Source: Octopus vulgaris (taxonomy: Eukaryota). Taken from it: a stretch of DNA of 64,000 nucleotides. The notes under the pieces are model-generated. The model was given only the letters and a program-made list of their open reading frames with translations, made no database searches and was not told the DNA's origin. Positions 54,401 through 64,000 of this stretch are shown piece by piece; position 1 is the first letter of the stretch; each line of letters starts with the position of its first letter. The stretch covers positions 61,814,001 to 61,878,000 of the forward strand of contig OX597814.1 of assembly GCA_951406725.2 (NCBI GenBank). Reading direction: 5' to 3'. Position numbers and translations under genes: made by a program.

Positions 54401-56854
54401 CCGGATTACTGCTGTGTTTATAATTGTTGGTGTTCGTAAAAGTGCAGTATGTTGTTGCTACCTTTTGTCTATGTATTGAGGTGGTTTCAAGTCATTGCCT
54501 TTTGCTCGCTTTGCAATGGTATTTTTATGTTGTTGTGGTTGCTTTAATTCTTGATATTGCACAGTCCGAGGTCAGCCGTGATCACGCAGACCTATAGAAC
54601 AAAAGACATCATCCCATCTTTTTGTATATCATGGATTATATTGTCAAATGTATCCGTCTTTATTTAAGACAGTAATCTGAGTATAATTTCGTGAGCAAAC
54701 GTTCAAAGGCTCTTTCGTTCAGAAATCTTTAAGTGGTATTTCGAATCAGAGATGAAGAATTTTCTGCCTGTTGCCATTTCTACAAGTATAATATGAGATT
54801 AACATTACTTCAGTACCCATCTGACACAGACTCGTAGTTGTCCAGTTATCACCTTTACCTAAAATTCTATGGGCGCTCCAGGCCAGCTCTCCGGAGTTTG
54901 ACATCCAACACATTACTTCACGCATGTATTTTCCGTGGTTCCAGTCGGCACACAGATAACAGCATTATTGATTCTGTCGATACCAGTACTATATTTTATC
55001 GACCCTAGAAGGATGTTAGGCAAGGTTAAAATGCTTAGCGGCACTTCTTTCGTCTTTATGTTCTGAGTTCAAATTCCACCAGGTCGACTTTACCTTTCAT
55101 CTTTTCGTGGTCGACAAAATAAGATCCAGTTGAGCACTGGGCTTGATGTAATCGACTTACCCCTCCCTCTAAAATTGCTGACCTTGAGCCAATATTTGAA
55201 ACCAATATTACTAATGTCTAAGCATTAGCACAAGGTCACACATTTCGGAAAGCGAAGTATAATCAACTAGTACACACCTAATACTTTACTTTTTCACAGA
55301 TCACGGAAGTTTGGAATGCAAAATTGACTACGACCTGACGCGGATTCATAACGTAAAGAGCTCTAATTACGCATTTTGTCTAAGGACAAAACGCCTTCAG
55401 ATATTTGTTCTGACCATATATGTTCTGAGTTCAAATCCCGCCGAAGGGCTTTGACATTCATCCTTCAGAGGCCGATACAATAAAGTACCAATCACGTATT
55501 GACTTCTCTTCTTGTGCCTATATTAGAAGTAATAATTAATATGCGTGTTTGTTCATCGTAACAGAATCAAGAGAGAAGTGGAGCAGGAGGCCATCAAACG
55601 ACAAATTTAATGTGTGTGAGTGACAATAGGAGACATTTTGCGACCATTTTAGTTCTAACACAACATATAATGTCGTTTAGAACATATTTTCAAAAGCAAG
55701 AATTTAAAATTTAAAGCTATATGTATATTCTTATATTCAGGTAGCAAAATCATGTTGATACCTGACGAGTAAAGTTTTTCGGTTGTGTTGAATGCTTTCC
55801 TTCTCACGTTACTCTCTGCTCGTTGTTATTATTCTGTTGAATTTGTTGTACTTATCTAGGATAGTGCAAGTTCTTAATTTATTTGGTTCCTTGATAGAGT
55901 ATGTTATAGGGGTCAGATATCATTTTGCTTATATTAGAAATATATTGTTCGGTAAATAGTTATAATTAAACGTGGTTGAAAACCCTGCTTCCACATAACC
56001 CTTACATCAGATGAATTATTCATTCACACCTCAGTAAAACAACCAGATTACCCCGTCCTATAAACGTAATGCACACATTTGATGACGTAGTCTAATATAC
56101 ATCTGGAAAAAAAATCAATTTTTACGGCTGCATGCCTTTGGTACGTTTGCAACACGGAAGACATAAAATTGCATATGTATATACATATGAGATAGGGAGG
56201 AAAAGAAAGGGAGAGAGGGCGCGCGTAGAGAGAGAGAGAAAGAGGGAGGTCCGAGAAGTGTATTTACACAGAACTTTTTCACCTTTTTGTGGTTCCAGAA
56301 AGGGCCGTGAAGATTTATTACTAAATCTTTGCAAGTCACTCATCCCAACAAAAGTTGAAAATAGTTTCCGTCCTATTATTATAGACACTGTGAATGCGGC
56401 AAGATGACAAAACTGTTAGCACGCAACGTAAAATGCTTAGCAGCATTTCGTCCTTCTTTATGTTCTGAGTTCAAACTCCGCCGAGGTTGACTTTGCCTTT
56501 CATTCTTTTTTGAGTGCTGGGGCCAATGTAATCGACTAGTCTCCTTCCTCAAAATTTCAGACCTTGTGCCAAAATTTGAAACCTTTATTATAGGCAATAT
56601 TGGAGTTTTAGGATCAGAAGGGACAATGGAAATAAGATATCACATTTTTGATGATGCTTTTAAAGAATCAACCAATCAAAATTCATGGCCTGTGGCGAAG
56701 TAGGGGTGGAGCGTAAATATACAACAAGTGATGCAGCTTTATCCTATATATGTGATAATTTCCTTAGAATGATACAGCGAATTTTCTTGTTCTTTATAAA
56801 AACAAATCTTTAAGTGTCAAATAAAGTGTAAAATTCAAAAAATATATTTTGCAG

Positions 56855-57008
56855 TTCTGGTGCCGCTTGGTTCATGTGTTAACACAGTATATGACAACGT
56901 GTAATTACTACTGGATGTTCTGTGAAGGTCTCTTCATGAATGTAGTCATTATACAAACCTTCACAATGGAACACTATCTCTTAAAAGTCTGCTGTGTATT
57001 AGGATGGG
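56855..57008 (+). CDS. Class B1 GPCR exon D: TM3, ICL2, start of TM4
   Basis: TTTTGCAG acceptor, GTAAGC donor. FWCRLVHVLTQYMTTCNYYWMFCEGLFMNVVIIQTFTMEHYLLKVCCVLGW has the NY-x-WM-x-CEG TM3 signature and the TM4 GW. 154 nt, phase 0 in and phase 1 out. Confidence 0.96.
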
Positions 57009-57969
57009 GTAAGCTTTTTCATTCATTTCTCTTTGCTACTCTCAACAATTCTCCATCCATTCACCTAGAAATCATAAGCTTTGGTTTTGTTATGTCTGCT
57101 TGCTTGCTTGCTTGGTTGATTTAGTATCTTCTCTGGGGATACTACGAACACTGCCAAGTTTATTAAATATGCCATGTGTCAATTATCCTTAAAATGCAAT
57201 GCAATACAAATGCATCCCACCGTTTCTTTCAAACACTATTACTTATAACAATACAAAACACGTTTATATATTTACAACATACGTATAGAAGCAGCGGAAA
57301 TTTAGATATAGTGAAATGCCCTAATTGAATACGGATTTTGTCTGACGGCAGAATTGTTAGACTATCGGAGAAAATGCCTAAAGATATTTTTCCTGGTGAT
57401 AAACGTTCATATATAAACTACATACGTATAAAAGCATTTCATCCTCTTCAGAGAGAGAACATGGGTGATTCAGATATAAGGAAAAGAAGGAAAGAAAATG
57501 ATTGATCATGATAATCATGGAGTTGGGTTCTAAAGATTATAGCTTAAAGCAACGGAATTCATAACTATGGTAAAGGACATTATTAAATTCTGATCTACCT
57601 TCTTTCGTAGTTTCCTCTGGTTAGGTTAATAGTTTAATATGACGAAATACAGAAAGATATCTGAAGTATAAACACCATTTGAAAAAATTATCCTTGTACT
57701 GAAATGTGGGAAATTTGGATGGTAAACATCAGTGAATAGATAAGGGAAATTTTTCTCGTCCTTCGGTAAAATACTGTGTTGGCTTTGAAAACTATTTCGA
57801 GAAATTAATGTTATGTATTCTTTGTGGTAACAAGAAAAGAGAAAAATATATACGATTTAAAACATATGTCGTTTAAGTTTCCTATCCAATATGTTACCTT
57901 TGCAAGTAAATGGAGATTTTATTTTGCTTATTTTATCTAATTATCTATTCATTTATTTATTTTATCTAG

Positions 57970-58033
57970 TTGTACCTGTTTTGCCAGCATCGATATACGC
58001 AGTAGTTCGACATTTGTACGGAGATAACTCCAG
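57970..58033 (+). CDS. Class B1 GPCR exon E: rest of TM4, start of ECL2
   Basis: TTTATCTAG acceptor, GTAAAC donor. (V)VPVLPASIYAVVRHLYGDNS completes the GWxxP motif. 64 nt, phase 1 in and phase 2 out. Confidence 0.9.
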
Positions 58034-58557
58034 GTAAACTATTTCTTATTTGAGAATGTCAAGTTTCCCGTGACCGAAAGTTCCTGTTCAATATAACACA
58101 TGCGTGTAATTGTTGATAAATAAATAAATAAATAGCAAGTAACTTTCGACGGAAAAAAATATTTTTGTAGATAATCTGGAAATGTATGAATATGGACGTG
58201 GTAATCAGAAAATGTATTAATATGAATGCTTTTTTTTTTAAATGAAATATTCATATTATGAAACCACGATAAACATGTAATAATGGCTGCGAGTAAAAAC
58301 ATTTGCTAGAGAAAATATATCACAAAAAATTTCACAGAAGTTAATTATCTCGAGCGGTGGCTTCTAAGTACGCCGTAAGAGGTATTTCTACTTCTACGAT
58401 AGATTTCTTAAAGTCTAATATAAAGAATTAGAAAATCTATAATAATGTTTTAACATCTTAAAACCATGTTATTCATAACTCTATTATACATAAGTAAGAT
58501 TAATAAAACAAAATATTCTAATATTTTATTCTAAAATTTAAACTTTAAACATATAAT

Positions 58558-58925
58558 AGGAGCAAGCCTGGCCTTGTGGTAGGAAGTTTGCTTCCCAGCC
58601 ACATGGTTCCGGGTTCAGTCCCACCACGTGCCACCTTGAGCAAGTGTCTTCTACTATAGCCTCGGGTAATCCAAAGCCTTGGGAGTGGATTTGGTAGGCG
58701 GAAACTGAAAGAAGCCAGTCGTATGTGTGTGTGGTAGGGTGTCTTTGTATTTTGTTTCTCCTACCACCACCTCTTGACAACCGCTTGTGTTTACGCGGTT
58801 AACTTAGCGGTTCGGTAAAAAAGAATAAGTACCAGGGTTTAAAAAATTAATTCGACTAAAAATTCTTCAAGGCGGTACCCCAACATGGTCGCGGCCTAAT
58901 GACTGAAACAAGTAAAAGATAGAAG
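58558..58925 (+). mobile_element. tRNA-derived SINE, family A
   Basis: Same head, body and tail as 48752-49175. Confidence 0.85.
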
Positions 58926-58999
58926 ATATTTCAACTTACTGTGCGAATTCTTATGAACTAGATCGAAATGCACAACCGTTGTGGAAGTGGTATCACAAT

Positions 59000-59800
59000 C
59001 GTTGGTTGTGGGATCGGTCGGTTGATATTTGTAGATGACATGATTCATCAGAAGGTGATTTCCAACATATATTGAATAGGTCCGCTGCTGAGTGCTGCAT
59101 TGTAGGGATGAGAATTAGTGTTGCGAAAATTGAGATATTGGTCCTCTCAAAAGCGTCTTCTCATCCACTCTGCATATTAGCGAGATTTCACGGAGACAAA
59201 GAAGTTTAAGTATTTCTGAGCCGCACTCACTAGCAGTGGAAAGCCGAAGGCTGAATTGGATGCTAGAATTTCAGGTGTTGGTACAGTAATACATCAGTTC
59301 CAGCTGCAGCATTCAATCCTCAGAAAGGGAGAAGTTACTAAGAAAGCCAAACTCACTATCTTCATTTCAGTTTTGTGCTTATCACACATGATCATGAATG
59401 TTGGACAATAACTGAAAAAGCACGATTGTGAATACAAGCGGCCAAAATGGGGTTCTTCCGAAGGATCTCCAGAATATTGTTGCTTGACAGGGTATGTATA
59501 TCAGTGATGAGGGAGTCTCTCCAAGTCGAGTTGCTACTTCTACGCATTGAGAGATCACAGCTCTGGTGCTACGGACAGGTGAATAGAATGTTGCAGGAAA
59601 GAGTCACAAGACAGATTCTTTAAGGTGAGCCAACCGGCAAGAGACCTAGGAGAAGACCAAGAACGAGATGGTTAGATAATAGCCATCGTCTCTATTGATC
59701 ACTCTTAGAAATCCAGCCGGAAAGTCTAATGGCAGTCTCATAGGACCCTATAGAGGAGTTGCTTCAAGACTCTACTTCACGACCCTCCCAGAAATAGTAG
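59000..59800 (+). mobile_element. RTE-clade LINE 3' fragment
   Basis: FVDD...GMRISVAK...KFKYF...ECWT...IQAAKMGFFRRI...IERSQLWCYGQVNRM...GKRPRRRPRTRWLD. Confidence 0.8.
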
Positions 59801-60055
59801 AGAGGGAAACTGGCGGATTGACGTACGGACGGACGGATGGATGGATGGATGCGAAGTGGGTCAGTAATTTTTTAAACTTTCTACGTAAAGTGCACCAAGG
59901 ATTCTTTACTTGATTTCCATTGTACCCTGGAGTCAAAACAATTCCATAATATATAACCGCATAATTAAATCATGTAAAAACTTTCTCTAAATAATGTACA
60001 GACTCTCTAAATAATGTATAGTATTAAAAATGCCACAATACATTTACTGTACAAT

Positions 60056-60270
60056 AAGGCAGCGAGCTGGCAGAATCGTCAGCACGCCGAGCAAAATGCG
60101 TAGCAGTTTTTCACCCGTCTTTACGTTCTGAGTTCAAATTCCGCCGAGGTCGACTTTGCCATTCATCTTTTCGAGATCAATAAAATAAGAACTAGTTATG
60201 TACTGGGGTCGATATAATCGAATTATACCCTTTCCCGAAATTGCTGACCTTGAGCCAAAATCTGAAATCT
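60056..60270 (+). mobile_element. tRNA-derived SINE, family B
   Basis: AAGGCAGCGAGCTGGCAGAATCG...GAGTTCAAATTCCGCCGAGGTCGACTTTGCC. Confidence 0.87.
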
Positions 60271-60538
60271 ATATTTACTACACAATTGTGATGATGACTG
60301 AAGTACTTAACACTTGCTGGGTCAGTCCATTATGGTGTTAATATGTATCAGAAGGTAGATCCAACTTGTTTGTAGAGGCTACGATATCACTAGAGATTGC
60401 ATGTAGTGTCTCATGTTTAAGTACCTCGCTCGAAACGTTAAACCCTCCTTCTTTCCTTCCTTCCTGAGCGTCCAATAATACTATATTTGTTCCACGTCCT
60501 CGCGTTGTTGTGTTTTCTCTTTGTGTTTTCATGTTTGG

Positions 60539-60609
<71 letters not shown>

Positions 60610-60871
60610 GTATGTATATATATATATATACAGAGAGAAAGAGAGAGAGAGACTGAAAGGGAGAGGAAAAGAGAGAAAGAAAGAAAGAGAAAGAGAGTGG
60701 GCATTAATAGATGAGATCGAGAGAATCACTATATAGAAAACACTTTCTAGCGCTCAAGAAGATTTGAACTTACACTCCAAAATCTTTACAGTGGACCAAG
60801 TCAATGGAGTATAGAGTGGCTATAAGAAGGATCCAAGTAAGCAGGATATATATATATATATATGCATATAC

Positions 60872-60981
<110 letters not shown>

Positions 60982-61094
60982 ATGTACTTGCATAGCAAGT
61001 GACCTGATCTGAAATCGTGTGCTGGAATGAAAACAATTGCAGCGTGGAAAGTGTTTCTTAAAAGGCTTATAAACGGCTTCCCCGCTGCAATTGT

Positions 61095-61203
<109 letters not shown>

Positions 61204-61536
61204 TTACATATATATATACATATATAGGCGTACATATATATACATACATACATACATACATACATACATACATACATACATACATACATACATACATACA
61301 TACGATGGCCTTCTTTCAGTTTCTGTCTACGAAATCCACTCACAACGCTTTGGTCGGCCCGAGGCTTATAATAGAAAACACTTGCGCAAGAGTGGGACTA
61401 AACCCGGAATCATGTGATTGGTAAGCAAGCTACTTACCATACAGCAATTCCTATATAATATATATATATATATATAATAAAATGATATAACAAGGGCAAG
61501 GCAGTGTGATATTTCTAAGGCATTTATAAATAGAAA

Positions 61537-61839
61537 GGTAGTCTTACAGCTATTTCAGGGATATAAAAGATATCCCATCACAACAGACGATATGAGAGAG
61601 TTTCAATAGAAGGAAATAGTAAAGTTCATTATATAAAAAAGTTATTCCTGAAAGGGAGAGATACAGGAAGTATGAAGGGAAATATGAAAATAAAAATATA
61701 TGTTGGATACTTTCTCTATCTCTCCCTTCCAAAATAACTTCTTATATAATGAACTCTACTATTTCCTTCTACTGAGACTCTCATATCGTCTCTGATGATA
61801 GGATATTTTTTATATCCCTGAAACAGCTGTAAGACTACC
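61537..61839. mobile_element. Fold-back Penelope-pLTR-like element with an HHR
   Basis: Inverted arms at about 61537-61670 and 61708-61839. The right arm holds an intact HHR; the left arm has a decayed core. Confidence 0.8.
61788..61835 (+). ncRNA. Minimal type I hammerhead ribozyme
   Basis: GUCU-CUGAUGA-UAGGAUAU uuuuu AUAUCCCU-GAAA-CAGCUG-UA^AGAC: canonical core, palindromic CAGCUG stem III. Predicted cut after 61831. Confidence 0.85.
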
Positions 61840-62043
61840 TAGAAACATCACATTGCCTTGCCTTGTTATAGAATTTTATCTAACGTATAGAGACGCTCAC
61901 ACACCACCCACATTAGACTCCTCACTAATACAATTATTGAACCGGGAGTCTAACAATGGTCCTTCCGTAGCACTTACAGAGCCAAACCTGCCTTTGGGAG
62001 TCTTCTGGTTACCAAACCTCTTATACACACACACGCGCACACA

Positions 62044-62169
<126 letters not shown>

Positions 62170-62249
62170 TCATGTAAATAACTCTTCAGTGGTACTTTGA
62201 AATTTAGAATTATACTAATTTAACAAAAGAATTCTCACAGTAATAATTT

Positions 62250-62900
62250 GTTACATACCACATTTGCTTTAGTTGATTGGCAAACTCAGCAGAGTAGAAA
62301 CATCACTTGCCAAAATTGGACGACACACAAATGCCAAAAAAAAAACCAATACGTGTCTTTCAACCAATCAAGTGATTCCAAGCTGTTTACATTGAGTGGT
62401 TCCAAATTCAAGATTTCAAGTACTTGGGTGATTGGGTGAGAAGTTCGGAAGCAGACATCCACATCAGAAAGGCACGAACATGGACAGCCAAAGATTTGGA
62501 ACTCCAAATTGCTCAAGTGAATCAAAATCAATCTCTTCATGGCAACTGTCGAATCAGTGCTATTATATGGCAGTGAAACATGGACACTGACAAAGAAATT
62601 ATCAAGCAGGATAGATGGCTGCTGCACAAAGATGCTATGAATGGTCCTAAACGTGAAATGGCAGCAACATATGACAAATGAATGCCTTTAAGGAGATCTG
62701 CCGAAAGTTAGCGATAAAATTAGTGCGTGCGCCACCTTAAACTGGAAGCATCCAAATTAGTATTGTGGACCTCACTTCATGGTGATGTAAGAAGAGGTAT
62801 ACATCGTCGCACTTACGTCGACAATTTGATTGCAGATACTGGCCTGAAAAGTATCCAGAACCTCGTGGCAGCGATGATGGACTGAGAAGTGTGACGGGTG
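62250..62900 (+). mobile_element. RTE-like LINE fragment
   Basis: DFKYLG, IKINLFMATVESVLLYGSETWTLTKKLSSRIDGCCTKML, GDLPKVSDKI. Confidence 0.8.
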
Positions 62901-63846
62901 GACTTTGTTGCTGCGGCCCGAGTTGGAACCCGGTCATAAAAAGAAATAGATTTCGAGGATTTGAACTCAAAAATATAGATGGATAAAGCTAAATTTTATA
63001 AGACATTTATTCTGGAGCTCTTCTTTTCTTCTCACCAGCCATAGCTAAACGATAGAGAAAGTACATTCATGGGTCACTCATAAGTGAGTATGGCTTGGTG
63101 GTATGTACCATGTCTTCGCTAATTGTTTTAAGTACGTATGTGTCCTGAAGTAAATATACACAGCCTCTTGGCCCCTCCTCAGCCATTCTTCAGTAAAACA
63201 TCTTGATTATGACAGCTAGAGAGGCTGCAGCAGAGACTTAGACTAGATGAACTTGAAATGAAGCACCTTACTCAAGGATACAACGCACCGCCTGATTCAG
63301 GGTGTGAACCCAAGAGTCGAACAGCCCTAAATATTACGTCACGAGCCTTCACCTGTATAAGCAACTAAATAATTTCGTACGTGGAAAAAAATTATCTTTT
63401 TTTTCTCGAAATGCATTTCTGTAGATCTATAATAGAGTGGGAAATTGGATTGTGTGGAGTTTATAGGATTTGCAGCATAATTGATAATCAAATGGATGTT
63501 TTCAGGAAAAGAAGGAAAATTCGATGTTATGTATTTTCTGCCAATTTCATGACCGCAATATGTGTGTGTGTGCGTGCGTGCGTGCGTGTGTGTGTGTGTT
63601 TTGTGTGTGTGTGTGTGTGTGTGTGTGTATGCATGTATATGTATGTATATATTTATGTATTTATCCATATATATATGTATATACATATATTTACATGTAA
63701 ATATGTATATATATATATATATTTATATGTAAATATGTATATATATATATAAATGTAAATATGTATGTATATATATATATATATATATATCCACATCCAT
63801 GCATATATATATATATTTATACACACACACAGACACATACATACAT

Positions 63847-63906
<60 letters not shown>

Positions 63907-64000
63907 GATGTATGTATATATACGCACATAGATTTCTCTTAAAATTTCCATTCCATAACTGTTAAAGAACGAGAATAGAAATCTAGATAAATTAATAGAA

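Noticed and set aside
60425-60548. CTCGAAACGTTAAACCCTCC repeat fragment, possibly the 3' half of a pLTR ribozyme
   Set aside because: The 5' half with CUGANGA is absent, so no ribozyme can be called.

Overview
AT-rich, microsatellite-saturated eukaryotic DNA, most likely from an octopus/coleoid cephalopod (inferred from the SINE/LINE repertoire and TTAGGG repeat, not proven). The only host gene seen is five internal + strand exons of a class B1 (secretin-family, calcitonin/CGRP-receptor-like) GPCR at 16245-16342, 18905-18999, 45077-45203, 56855-57008 and 57970-58033. They splice in frame from the end of the hormone-binding domain through TM4; the gene start and end were not found in the window. 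The introns are filled with decayed mobile DNA: R4/Dong-type and Tx1/L1-type LINEs chained in (AAT)n tracts, a Gypsy LTR element with a (TTAGGG)5 insertion in its integrase, Penelope fragments, RTE fragments, a Helitron, a HINE, a Tc1/mariner element, hAT and piggyBac-like MITEs and two tRNA-like SINE families. The most notable signal is a set of ORF-less elements at five loci (plus one weaker candidate) carrying type I hammerhead ribozyme (HHR) motifs with short palindromic stem III. They include a near-identical 533-bp x3.6 tandem array (31525-33448), a 355-bp unit with a compensatory U3-A8 core, and a 469-bp unit whose sense-strand ribozyme lies about 285 nt upstream of a GPCR exon. These look like Penelope-pLTR-derived retrozyme-type elements that could produce self-cleaved or circular RNAs. 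All structures were read by eye; none was folded computationally or tested. Most entries in the ORF track are microsatellite artefacts.
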